A stretch of 64,000 nt of DNA from a virus, in the IMG/VR virus record IMGVR_UViG_3300026263_000200; one strand, 5' to 3'. How positions within the stretch are numbered: the stretch's first letter is position 1; the number at the start of each line of letters is the position of its first letter. This document shows, piece after piece, positions 9,861 to 19,511 of this stretch. The notes beneath the pieces were generated by a model. That model was not told where the DNA came from. It worked only from the letters and a program-made list of their open reading frames with translations, and did not search any database. Both the position numbers and the translations under genes were made by a program.

Positions 9861-11230
9861 GCGAAAGATTAGAAACAACTATATTAAATAATCTCTTCTA
9901 TCAAGAAGACTATGCTAGAAAAGTATTACCTTTTTTAAAAGAAGATTACTTTGGTTTAAGAACTGAAAAGATTTTATTTACAGAAATATATAAATTTGTA
10001 GAGAAATATAATAATCTTCCAACAAAAGAATCAATCTTAATAGAATTAGGACAAAGAAAAGATATTAATGAAGAGGAACATATTCAATTAAATGATTATG
10101 TTAATTCTATAGGTAAAATAGATTCCGATCCACAATGGTTGTTAGATACAACTGAAAGATTTTGTAAAGATAAAGCAGTACATAATGCTGTATTAGATGG
10201 TATTAGAATTTTAGATAAGAAAGATAGTAAGAGAACTCCAGAAGCAATACCTAGTATATTAGCAGACGCATTAGCAGTATCTTTTGACCAACATATTGGT
10301 CACGATTATATAGAAGACGCTGATGATAGATTTAAATGGTATCATACTAAAGAAACAAAATATCAATTTGATTTAGATTATATGAATAGAATAACCAAAG
10401 GTGGTATTCCTAGTAAGACTTTGAATATTGCATTGGCAGGTACAGGTGTAGGTAAGTCTTTGTTTATGTGTCATTGTGCAAGTGCTTATTTGGCACAAGG
10501 TTTAAATGTTTTATATATAACTTTAGAAATGGCAGAAGAAAGAATTGCTGAAAGAATTGACGCAAACTTATTAGATGTAACTATGGACGATTTACATACA
10601 ATGCCAAAAGATTTATATGATAATAAGATAGAGAAGATAAGACAAAAGACTGGTGGTAAATTAATTGTTAAAGAATATCCAACAGCGTCTGCTCATAGTG
10701 GACACTTTAGAGCATTGTTTAATGAACTTTCATTAAAGAAAAGTTTTAAACCAGATGTAGTGTTCATAGATTATTTAAATATATGTGCGTCAAGTAGATT
10801 TAAAGGTGGTAATATAGGTTCTTATTTCTATATCAAAGCAATTGCAGAAGAATTAAGAGGACTTGCAGTAGAATTTAATGTACCATTGTTTTCTGCTACA
10901 CAAACAACAAGAACTGGATTTATGAGTACAGACATAGGACTAGAAGATACAGCAGAAAGTTTTGGATTACCAGCAACAGCAGACTTTATGTTTGCAATAA
11001 TATCAAATGATGATTTAGAAGCATTAGGACAGTTAAAGATTAAACAATTGAAGAATAGATATAACGACCCAGGAATTAATAGGTCATTTATTATAGGTGT
11101 TGATAGAGCCAAAATGAGATTGTATGATGTAGGACAACAAGCACAAAACATAGTAGATTCAAACCAAAAGGAGGAGGTTCCGAAACAAAAAGATATCGCT
11201 TACGATAAGTTTTCGGATTTTAAAGTATGA
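9857..11230 (+). CDS. 41: replicative DNA helicase (T4 gp41)
   Basis: AGTGVGKS, ITLEMAEE, IDYLN, SATQTTR, ESFGLPATAD. Confidence 0.96.
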   Translation: MSERLETTILNNLFYQEDYARKVLPFLKEDYFGLRTEKILFTEIYKFVEKYNNLPTKESILIELGQRKDINEEEHIQLNDYVNSIGKIDSDPQWLLDTTERFCKDKAVHNAVLDGIRILDKKDSKRTPEAIPSILADALAVSFDQHIGHDYIEDADDRFKWYHTKETKYQFDLDYMNRITKGGIPSKTLNIALAGTGVGKSLFMCHCASAYLAQGLNVLYITLEMAEERIAERIDANLLDVTMDDLHTMPKDLYDNKIEKIRQKTGGKLIVKEYPTASAHSGHFRALFNELSLKKSFKPDVVFIDYLNICASSRFKGGNIGSYFYIKAIAEELRGLAVEFNVPLFSATQTTRTGFMSTDIGLEDTAESFGLPATADFMFAIISNDDLEALGQLKIKQLKNRYNDPGINRSFIIGVDRAKMRLYDVGQQAQNIVDSNQKEEVPKQKDIAYDKFSDFKV

Positions 11231-11772
11231 TAAACAAACCAATTTTTACAATAGATGTACACACGCAAGAAGATTTTTTAAATCAAGATGAAATAGATAG
11301 ATTAATTACTAGTATAAACAAAGCAGATTTATTAGATTATGATTTCTTTAAAGGGAATGCTAAATCAACATATGTTGCTATGCAAGAACAAAAACCTAAC
11401 ATTTTAGATTTTCATAAAGATATAGCAGATAAAATTATGAAGGAAGTTTATGTACCTAATCAAAGATTGGCTCAATCTTGGGTTAATATACAAAATAAAG
11501 GTAGTACATTAGATTTTCATAATCATCCTAATTCAGTTGTTTCTGGTGTTGTATATTTAAAAGCAAATGGAAATGATAGCAAGTTAGTCTTTCAGAATCC
11601 ACTTACTCCTATGTCACCAACAGCAATTTCTCCACACCGAGAAACTTATGAACTAACACCTAAAACAGGATTATTGGTAATGTGGCCGAGTTATTTAATG
11701 CACGGTTCAGGACCTAGTATTAATCAAAGTGATGAAAGAATAGTATTTGGTTTTAATACGTATTGGAAATAA
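11227..11772 (+). CDS. putative 2OG-Fe(II) oxygenase
   Basis: SWVN...HNHPNSVVSGVVYL...WPSYLMH...RIVFGFN. Confidence 0.8.
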   Translation: MINKPIFTIDVHTQEDFLNQDEIDRLITSINKADLLDYDFFKGNAKSTYVAMQEQKPNILDFHKDIADKIMKEVYVPNQRLAQSWVNIQNKGSTLDFHNHPNSVVSGVVYLKANGNDSKLVFQNPLTPMSPTAISPHRETYELTPKTGLLVMWPSYLMHGSGPSINQSDERIVFGFNTYWK

Positions 11773-12245
11773 TGATAACTATTACAAAAGAATATATGGA
11801 ACAACCAAAAGATATTAGACAATCTCATTTAAATTTAAAAGATAAGTGTATTGAAAGAATATTTGAAACACAATACAGACAATCAGGTTATAGTTATTAC
11901 TTAAAAGGATTGTTAGCACACGTATTAGATACAAATATACCATTAAGAAATAAAGATGGTGTAAATGTATTACTAGCACACGCTTGCAACAATGCTAAAT
12001 GTGCTAACCCTAAACATTTATATTGGGCAACTTCTAAAGAAAATATAGCAGATAGTGGTAGTTATTATGAAAGAAATTTAAAGAAGAATGGTAAGCAATT
12101 TATCATTGATACAGCGAGAAAAGTTGCAAAAGAAAAACCACCTGGATATTTCAGTAAGATTAACAATAGAAAAGGTAAAAAACATACTTTAGAACATAGA
12201 AAAAATATATCACTAGCAATAACAAAGTGGCATAAAAATGGGTAG
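11772..12245 (+). CDS. HNH homing endonuclease with NUMOD3-like DNA-binding motif
   Basis: HACNNAKCANPKHLYWATSKEN and KGKKHTLEHRKNIS. Confidence 0.75.
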   Translation: MITITKEYMEQPKDIRQSHLNLKDKCIERIFETQYRQSGYSYYLKGLLAHVLDTNIPLRNKDGVNVLLAHACNNAKCANPKHLYWATSKENIADSGSYYERNLKKNGKQFIIDTARKVAKEKPPGYFSKINNRKGKKHTLEHRKNISLAITKWHKNG

Positions 12246-12343
12246 ACCTAGATTTTATAAAAGTAATAAAATGATTCCTACTAAAGAATATAAAGCTAAT
12301 TGGGAAAGTATTTTTGGTAAAAAGGAAAAGAAAAAAGAAGAAG

Positions 12344-12601
12344 ATGGCAAAACAAAAAGTAAGGTTCAGCAGAAACGACAAGAGACCAGCAAAGTATAAC
12401 TATAAACTTTCTTACGAAACAAAGATGGTTAAGAAAGGTAGAAAAATACTTTGGCACGTCATAGAGAAACCAACTGGTTCGGTAGTATCAGAATTCTTTT
12501 TTGAAGAGGATGCTGAGAAGTTAGCGAAGTTCCAAAATAAGAATAAAGTCTGGCAAGAGAACGGTGGTATAGTCAAACACCTATGTTTTCAATCTAAATA
12601 A
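12344..12601 (+). CDS. hypothetical protein
   Basis: ORF; ATG at 12344 preferred over TTG. Confidence 0.5.
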   Translation: MAKQKVRFSRNDKRPAKYNYKLSYETKMVKKGRKILWHVIEKPTGSVVSEFFFEEDAEKLAKFQNKNKVWQENGGIVKHLCFQSK

Positions 12602-12607
12602 ATCGTA

Positions 12608-12615
12608 TATAAATA
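12608..12615 (+). promoter_or_regulatory. T4 late promoter
   Basis: TATAAATA then AGGAG RBS. Confidence 0.8.
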
Positions 12616-12629
12616 GTCATAGGAGAGAT

Positions 12630-13865
12630 ATGGCATACGAAGTTTCAGAAATAACTACAGCAACAGCATTACAAAAAACTGTACCAGAATTAGAAAAATT
12701 AACTAGAATTAATCAGTTAGTTAATTTTATAAAGGCAGGTAAGACTGGTAGGGGTATTGAGTTTGGTGATCCAAACACCAAAAACCAATTCTTAAAAAAA
12801 ATGGATCCAACTGTTCCAAAAAATCTTTCAGATATGGCAGTAGGTATATCAGCTGCTATAGCAATAAGAAAATATATGAAAGCTCCAAGTGGTAGATTAA
12901 CTGTATATATGACAGGTAATGTTTGGTCACCAGAAATTAGGGATTTTCAAGTTAGTGCTTTTGGATTTGCAGATTATAATTCAGCAGATTTGGTAGTCAC
13001 CAAAGATAAGAAAAAATTTTATGGATTTTCTTTAAAGAAAAAAGCATTTGTTAAAGATTCCGATCCAACTCTTATTAATAAAGCATTTGCTTCCACACTT
13101 GAAGGTTCAAGATTTGAGAAATTAAGACAAAAATTAGAAAAAACTAGAAGAGATTATTTTGCTAGTGTAGTTAAAGAGGCAGTAGCGAAAAAAATAATAT
13201 TGAAAAAAGATATTAAAAATTTTGATAAGTTAGATAATCAAGAATTATATGAAGCTAAAAATAGAGATAGAGACCAATTTGATAGAGCTTATATTAATAC
13301 AAAAGGATATGCTACATCTCCTAAAGGATATCTAGACTCTAATACTAGAGACCCAAAAAGTATGAGATACTTTGTTAATAATAAACTGTATGATACTAAA
13401 AATAATCCATTGTGGAAAGTTTATAAAAAAATAATTAATGAAAATTCAGAAGAGTTAGCAGAAGTTTTACTTAATATAATATTAAAGGTAAAATTATTTG
13501 ATAAACTCAATACAAAAAAATTAAAAGGTAAAGAGTTTGATTTTGCTTTAGTAACTGGTATAGGTACTGTTGTTAAAGAAAAGGTTATGATTTCACCTGG
13601 AAGAGTAGACTCATTAAAAACAACCTTATGTGGATTAACAAGAATTGATAAGAAATACAAAGGCGAGTTTGAAGTTGTGCAAAATCCTGATACACTTAAT
13701 AAATCAGACGCTGCTAAAATATTCTTTTTATTAAGAAAGGGCAGTCTTAATATGATAGATTTACGAGTTAGATATAAAGGAGATTTTGTTATTAAACCAC
13801 AATTTCAAGGTTATATGACACCTGAATTTAAAGCAGAAATTGCTAAAGAGTGTGCAGGTACTTAA
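12630..13865 (+). CDS. hypothetical protein, possible restriction-endonuclease-like fold
   Basis: SADLVV...GFSLKKK resembles PD-(D/E/S)XK motif; own late promoter. Confidence 0.45.
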   Translation: MAYEVSEITTATALQKTVPELEKLTRINQLVNFIKAGKTGRGIEFGDPNTKNQFLKKMDPTVPKNLSDMAVGISAAIAIRKYMKAPSGRLTVYMTGNVWSPEIRDFQVSAFGFADYNSADLVVTKDKKKFYGFSLKKKAFVKDSDPTLINKAFASTLEGSRFEKLRQKLEKTRRDYFASVVKEAVAKKIILKKDIKNFDKLDNQELYEAKNRDRDQFDRAYINTKGYATSPKGYLDSNTRDPKSMRYFVNNKLYDTKNNPLWKVYKKIINENSEELAEVLLNIILKVKLFDKLNTKKLKGKEFDFALVTGIGTVVKEKVMISPGRVDSLKTTLCGLTRIDKKYKGEFEVVQNPDTLNKSDAAKIFFLLRKGSLNMIDLRVRYKGDFVIKPQFQGYMTPEFKAEIAKECAGT

Positions 13866-13867
13866 AT

Positions 13868-13875
13868 TATAAATA
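13868..13875 (+). promoter_or_regulatory. T4 late promoter
   Basis: TATAAATA in intergenic gap. Confidence 0.8.
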
Positions 13876-13939
13876 GTATTATATGATTTGTTAATGGATA
13901 TTTGAAGATAGATTATACTAATGGAATAAATGAGGAATA

Positions 13940-15154
13940 ATGTTTAGTTTTAAAGGTTTTACCACAAACGACAAGAATACACACCTAGAACACCTAGAAG
14001 ATGATATAATCAATAGAGGTTCATCTGGTGGAGTTAATGCAATTAACTTTCTAAAATCAGTAAGAGATATGCTCGCAGGTCACTCGGGAGCAAAAATCAA
14101 TACTACTGTTAAATGGGATGGGGCACCTGCTATTATATGTGGTGTCAATCCTGAAAACGGTAAATTCTTTGTTGGTACTAAATCAGTATTCAACGTTACC
14201 CCAAAAATCAATTACACAACAGCAGACATAAGACGGAACCATTCTGGTGCCGTTGCTCAAAAACTATCAGTATGTCTTAATCATTTATCCAGTTTAAATA
14301 TTAAACAAATTTTACAAGGTGATTTATTATTCACTAACGATACAAAATCAGCTTCAATTGATGGTGAAAAAATGATAACCTTTACACCAAATACAATCAC
14401 ATATGCAGTACAGGCAAGTAGCAATATTGGTAAGAAGATTGCTCGTGCTAAAATGGGTATAGTATTTCATACAATGTATACTGGTAAAGATATGAAAAGT
14501 TTAAATGCAAGTTTTGGTAATGTTAGAGGGTCAGGTAATTCAAGAGTATGGGTAGCAAGTGCTTCTTATAAAGACGACTCTGGTTCTATTACATTTACTA
14601 AATCAGAATTGAATATATTTAATGCTCAATTAAGAATGGCAGAAGGTTCATTAGGTAGAGCGAGTAAGATATTAGATGAAATGACTAAACGTGCTAGTGA
14701 CCCTTTATCTGTAGGGTTTAGATTAAAGTCATTTTTTAATCATTACATTAGAAATAACAAAGGTAGTATGGCAAAGGTTGCTGTATTGCAAGATATGTTT
14801 AGAGATTATTATGAGAACGTTTTGAAGACAGAAATTGACGCAAGAAAAACTGAAAAAGCAAAACAAAAATATAGAGATATATTAGCAAATGGATTAAAAT
14901 TTATTAATCAAAATAAATCAGGTTTATATATGGCGATAGCAAGTCACGTAACTTTAGGCAATGCGAAGAACACATTGATACAAAAGATGAATCAAATTCA
15001 ACAGATAGGACACTACATTAAAACTGGAACAGGTTATAGAGTAACAGCACCTGAAGGATATGTTGCAGTAGATAGAGTAGCGGGTGCAGTAAAAATAGTA
15101 GATAGATTAGAATTTAGTAGGGCAAACTTTACGTTGCCAAAAGGATGGAAATAA
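13940..15154 (+). CDS. conserved T4-like protein with RNA-ligase-like covalent nucleotidyltransferase motifs
   Basis: TVKWDG (motif I KxDG), LQGDLLF (III), EGYVAV (IV), AVKIV (V). Confidence 0.65.
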   Translation: MFSFKGFTTNDKNTHLEHLEDDIINRGSSGGVNAINFLKSVRDMLAGHSGAKINTTVKWDGAPAIICGVNPENGKFFVGTKSVFNVTPKINYTTADIRRNHSGAVAQKLSVCLNHLSSLNIKQILQGDLLFTNDTKSASIDGEKMITFTPNTITYAVQASSNIGKKIARAKMGIVFHTMYTGKDMKSLNASFGNVRGSGNSRVWVASASYKDDSGSITFTKSELNIFNAQLRMAEGSLGRASKILDEMTKRASDPLSVGFRLKSFFNHYIRNNKGSMAKVAVLQDMFRDYYENVLKTEIDARKTEKAKQKYRDILANGLKFINQNKSGLYMAIASHVTLGNAKNTLIQKMNQIQQIGHYIKTGTGYRVTAPEGYVAVDRVAGAVKIVDRLEFSRANFTLPKGWK

Positions 15155-17887
15155 ATGAAGTTTAAAGAATTTTTATTACAAGAAGGTATATATGACCCAG
15201 GTATATTTAAGGCCTTCTTTATGGCAGGAGGACCTGGTAGTGGTAAATCATTTATCGCTAATAATACTTTTGTAGGTTCTGGATTAAAATTTGTAAATTC
15301 AGACCAAGTATTTGAAAGAGGTTTAAAGAAGGCAAATCTTTCAGATAAAATGCCTGACCAAGAAAAATATTTTAGAGATATTATAAGAAATAATGCAAAG
15401 GGTACAACAAAAAGACAATTAGATACTTATGTAACTGGTAGATTAGGTTTAGTTATTGACGCAACTGGAAGAGATTATGGAAGAATAAGTGCAGAATATA
15501 ATCAACTACACTCATTAGGTTATGATTGTTATATGATATTTGTTAACACAACATTACCTGTTGCGTTAGAAAGAAATCAAATTAGAAGTAGAACTATACC
15601 AGAATATATTGTTAAATCATCTTGGGAAAAAGTACAATCTAATATAGGTAAGTTTCAAAGATTATTTGGTCAATCAAATTTTATTGTAGTAGATAACAAT
15701 AGGTCAGATAAAGAACTAGTGTCACAAACTTTACAAAACTGTGACAGATTAGTTAGACGATATATGAGGCAGCCAATTAAAAGTTATCTTGCAAAAACTT
15801 GGATGGCAAAAGAAAAAATGTACAAAAATAAATTAAATGAAAGTATTATAGACGCTCCTAGAAATACATATGCACCTGGAGTTTTTGATGACTATGAAAC
15901 TAAAACACCTAGAATTAAACCTGGTGTAAGAGAAATAATTGACAATCAACTTAAAGAATTTGGTAAAGAATACCCGATTATAAAAGTTAGTTTAGTAGGT
16001 TCTATACTTACAAAGAGATATAGAAAGGACGCAGATTTAGATTTTAATGTACTGTTTGATGTACCTGTAGATAAACAAGAAGAAGAGAGATTAAGATTAT
16101 CTCATAAGTATCTATCTGCTAAAAGTCCAGAAAAGATTAATGGTAAATTAATACCTGGTACACAACACCCTATTAACTATTACATCATTACTGATCCTAT
16201 AACTCATCAAGACCAAGAGGATAAAGCAGACGCAGTATTTGATTATAGAGGTAATGTATTTACTAAAAGACCAGCAGACTATACGTTTGATATGAAATTA
16301 TATATGTCAGCATATCAAAGAAAGGTACAAGAGATAGATGTAGTTAAAGGAGAATTAAAAAGAGATATTATAGACTATGATGAACTAAAAGATTTACAAC
16401 CAGATGATATTTTAAATTTACAAGAAAAGATTAATGAGAAGTTAGAAGAGATTGAACAATCTATAAAAGATATTGTTGATATTGGAGATGATGTAATGAC
16501 TGCTAGAAGAGCAGCGTTTGATTCTGATATGACACCAGAACAAATTAAAACGTTTAGTATTAAAAATAGATTACCTAAAAATGTAGTCTATAAGATGTTA
16601 GAGAAGTATCATTATTTAAAATTCTATAAGAAATGTAAAGAGATATTAGATGATAATAAAGTTACAGACGCTGAAATAGATAGTTTAAAATCTGAAGCAG
16701 TTGCTGATAAGTCTATTGCAATTACATTTGGAAGATTTAATCCTCCTACAATAGGTCACGAAAAACTTATTAATAAAGTTGTAAGAGCAGATAGAAATTA
16801 TAAAATCTATATCAGTAGGTCAGAAGATAGTAAAAAGAATCCATTATCTCCTAGAGATAAATTATCCTTTATGAAAAAAATGTTTCCACAATATGCTAGA
16901 AACATTGAAATCAATACAACAAATATGATTTTAGATTTAGCTACTATGTTATACAATAAAGGTCATACTATTTTAAAATTTGTTGTAGGTAGTGATAGAG
17001 TAAGAGAATTTGAAACGATACTTAAAAAATATAACGACCAGAAAAATAGACACGGATACTATAACTTTAAAACAATAGATGTTATATCTGCTGGAGAGCG
17101 TGATCCAGACGCTGAGGGTGCTTCAGGTATGAGTGCGAGTAAGATGAGGGATGCTGCTACTAAAGATGATATAGCGTCATTTAAGAGAGGACTACCATCT
17201 CAATTTAGAGATGTTGATGGACTGTTTAAAGCGGTCAGAAAAGGTATGGGTATAAGAGAAGACTATAAACCAGATACTTCAAAACCTGTTATGACATTAG
17301 GACAGTTTGAACAGAAACAAGTTAGAGACCTATACGTTAGGGAGATGATATTCAATATCGGAGACCAAGTCAAGTATCTTAAAGAAGATAAACAAGGTAA
17401 GGTAGTACGAAGAGGTACGAACTATGTTGTACTAGAAGATACAAATAATAATTTACACAAATGTTGGATATGGGATTGTATTCCAGTTGCCGCTGATAAA
17501 GAACCATTGTTGAGAGAATATAACCTAGACATTGATTACGGATTTGAAGCAGTTGAAACGATACCAGTACCAAAAACATACTCACAAATTAAAGATAGTT
17601 TTGAAATAGGTGCTGATTATGCTAATCATTGTAAGCAAATGACACCAGGAGAGAAAGAGGACGCACCTCCTGTTGACTCAAAAGACCGTGGAAAACCTAC
17701 TGATACATACATATCACGACCAGGTAAGGCAACGGATGCTAAAGTTGGTGAGGATAAATTGACCGAGAAGGAAGTAAAAGAATGGTCAACTTCAGTTTCA
17801 GTAATAGATAAATATAAGGAACGATATAAAGAAGAGTGGAAAGCGAAACTAAATGAAGTAGTCGCTAAGATGATAGAGAAACTTTAG
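15155..17887 (+). CDS. multidomain protein: P-loop kinase + Pol-beta-like nucleotidyltransferase + HxGH cytidylyltransferase-like domain
   Basis: GGPGSGKS and VIDATG; LVGS...DADLD; TFGRFNPPTIGH and MSASKMR. Confidence 0.8.
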   Translation: MKFKEFLLQEGIYDPGIFKAFFMAGGPGSGKSFIANNTFVGSGLKFVNSDQVFERGLKKANLSDKMPDQEKYFRDIIRNNAKGTTKRQLDTYVTGRLGLVIDATGRDYGRISAEYNQLHSLGYDCYMIFVNTTLPVALERNQIRSRTIPEYIVKSSWEKVQSNIGKFQRLFGQSNFIVVDNNRSDKELVSQTLQNCDRLVRRYMRQPIKSYLAKTWMAKEKMYKNKLNESIIDAPRNTYAPGVFDDYETKTPRIKPGVREIIDNQLKEFGKEYPIIKVSLVGSILTKRYRKDADLDFNVLFDVPVDKQEEERLRLSHKYLSAKSPEKINGKLIPGTQHPINYYIITDPITHQDQEDKADAVFDYRGNVFTKRPADYTFDMKLYMSAYQRKVQEIDVVKGELKRDIIDYDELKDLQPDDILNLQEKINEKLEEIEQSIKDIVDIGDDVMTARRAAFDSDMTPEQIKTFSIKNRLPKNVVYKMLEKYHYLKFYKKCKEILDDNKVTDAEIDSLKSEAVADKSIAITFGRFNPPTIGHEKLINKVVRADRNYKIYISRSEDSKKNPLSPRDKLSFMKKMFPQYARNIEINTTNMILDLATMLYNKGHTILKFVVGSDRVREFETILKKYNDQKNRHGYYNFKTIDVISAGERDPDAEGASGMSASKMRDAATKDDIASFKRGLPSQFRDVDGLFKAVRKGMGIREDYKPDTSKPVMTLGQFEQKQVRDLYVREMIFNIGDQVKYLKEDKQGKVVRRGTNYVVLEDTNNNLHKCWIWDCIPVAADKEPLLREYNLDIDYGFEAVETIPVPKTYSQIKDSFEIGADYANHCKQMTPGEKEDAPPVDSKDRGKPTDTYISRPGKATDAKVGEDKLTEKEVKEWSTSVSVIDKYKERYKEEWKAKLNEVVAKMIEKL

Positions 17888-17895
17888 AGAGAGAA

Positions 17896-18318
17896 ATGGC
17901 AACTAAATTCAAAGAATACGTACATAACCTATACATTGCTGAAAGCTCGGCTATGGTACTAAAGGGAGTTGACGATTACCTTAAAATTGCTAGGGAAAAA
18001 ATTAAAAGACACCCACAATTTGCTAATTTATATAGAGACCAAAAACGTGATGTAGCCACTAGCATAGGTGGTAAGTATATAAAGATTTGGGATACTGAAC
18101 GAGGACAAAGAAGAGCTATACACGCTTTTGTAGATAAAATTACAGGAGATGTTTTAAAGGCGGCTGGTGTTAATGCTCCAGCAAAAGGTGCCAGAGGAAA
18201 TGTTTTAGACAAAAAGTATATGGACTCATTAAACCGTGTATTTGATACTCACGGTGGACATTTATATAGCAGACACAGTTTATCATACAATTTCAAGAGA
18301 GATAATAAATTCAAATAA
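17896..18318 (+). CDS. conserved phage protein with internal-protein-like N-terminus
   Basis: KFKEY...IAE leader; HAFVDKITGDVLKAAG..APAKGARGN motif. Confidence 0.55.
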   Translation: MATKFKEYVHNLYIAESSAMVLKGVDDYLKIAREKIKRHPQFANLYRDQKRDVATSIGGKYIKIWDTERGQRRAIHAFVDKITGDVLKAAGVNAPAKGARGNVLDKKYMDSLNRVFDTHGGHLYSRHSLSYNFKRDNKFK

Positions 18319-18319
18319 A

Positions 18320-19495
18320 ATGGGCACGTTAAAAGAAGAACTAGAAAGATGGAAGTCAAGTAGGTATAGAAAACCTATGAGTGTTGCTCTTGCAGAAGTA
18401 AAAGAAAGACACGATTGCTCTAAAGTACACCCTGGTAAAAGACACCAAGAGTGGATGAATACTGAACCAGTTAAACACGTTAAAGAAGAAAGATTTGATG
18501 AAGGTAGAATGAAAGATATCTACACGATGGATCAAGAAGGTAAATCTGCTGAAGATATTGCCAATAGATTAAACATAAAAGTATCAACTGTTAAATCCAT
18601 TTTAGGAGAACAAGTTGACACATTACAGGAATTTACAGACAGTCAAATATTACAACTTAAAAAAGATTATGCACCACTAAAAGGAAAAACAATTAGTGGA
18701 ACAAATGCTAATAAGTTGATGAGAATATTTGATAAGTTTGATAAGAATAAACAGCTTTTAGTTAAATTATTAAAAGCAAACATTCCATTTGTGTCAATGT
18801 TAGCGCAAGCAAGACTCATTTCAAGACACGGAGCAAACGCTTCCCAGTTGGCACAAATGAGAAAAGAAGAATTAGAAGAAGCAAAATCACCATTTAGATT
18901 ATCTTATGACGACAAGTATGGCAAACACGCAGGTTTTGAAGACGCAAAAACATTACAAGATTTACAAAACAAAGCACAGAAATTAAGAGCTAAAGGATTT
19001 AAGATTAATAAAATGGGTAGAAATACATCACCTGTTGAACAAAAACTACCAGAACCAGAAGGTAAAACAGAAGTACCAGAAGCGTTTGCTGTACAAGTTA
19101 CTAAAATGGATGGTGGTAAATTTATACACGGCAGTTATAAAACTAAAGCAGAAGCAGAAAAATGGATTAAGTGGTATAAAACTGGTGACGTAAGACAAAC
19201 TAAATCAATAGAAATTGTTAAAGAAGGTGTTTCAGATTTTTATACACCTAAAATGAGTGATAAACAAATTGCTAATATTAAGAACGTATGGAAGAATAAA
19301 AAAGCAACAGATGTAACCGACGCTGTTAGACAAATGATTAAGAGAATGGACGTACCTACACAACTAGCAATTAAATCAGCAGACATACCACACATATCAA
19401 AATTAATTGAAATTGCTACTCACGGTCACGGTCCTAGAGCAACCTTTGAGAGATTGTGGTTGAAACATAAACGAGGAGATAAAGCAGGTAAATAA
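18320..19495 (+). CDS. putative internal head protein with HTH-like segment
   Basis: ATG at 18320; GKSAEDIANRLNIKVSTVKSIL; modular segments separated by V/L-x-E sites. Confidence 0.5.
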   Translation: MGTLKEELERWKSSRYRKPMSVALAEVKERHDCSKVHPGKRHQEWMNTEPVKHVKEERFDEGRMKDIYTMDQEGKSAEDIANRLNIKVSTVKSILGEQVDTLQEFTDSQILQLKKDYAPLKGKTISGTNANKLMRIFDKFDKNKQLLVKLLKANIPFVSMLAQARLISRHGANASQLAQMRKEELEEAKSPFRLSYDDKYGKHAGFEDAKTLQDLQNKAQKLRAKGFKINKMGRNTSPVEQKLPEPEGKTEVPEAFAVQVTKMDGGKFIHGSYKTKAEAEKWIKWYKTGDVRQTKSIEIVKEGVSDFYTPKMSDKQIANIKNVWKNKKATDVTDAVRQMIKRMDVPTQLAIKSADIPHISKLIEIATHGHGPRATFERLWLKHKRGDKAGK

Positions 19496-19498
19496 CCT

Positions 19499-19506
19499 TA
19501 TAAATA
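19499..19506 (+). promoter_or_regulatory. T4 late promoter
   Basis: TATAAATA 5 nt before ATG 19512. Confidence 0.75.
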
Positions 19507-19511
19507 GTACT

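Noticed and set aside
2617-11230. Inteins or introns in gp43, UvsX, gp41
   Set aside because: Lengths are normal and no splicing motifs seen
5241-13865. Classical restriction-modification system
   Set aside because: Methyltransferases are not adjacent to a convincing cognate endonuclease; nuclease-like ORFs are separately located and promoted
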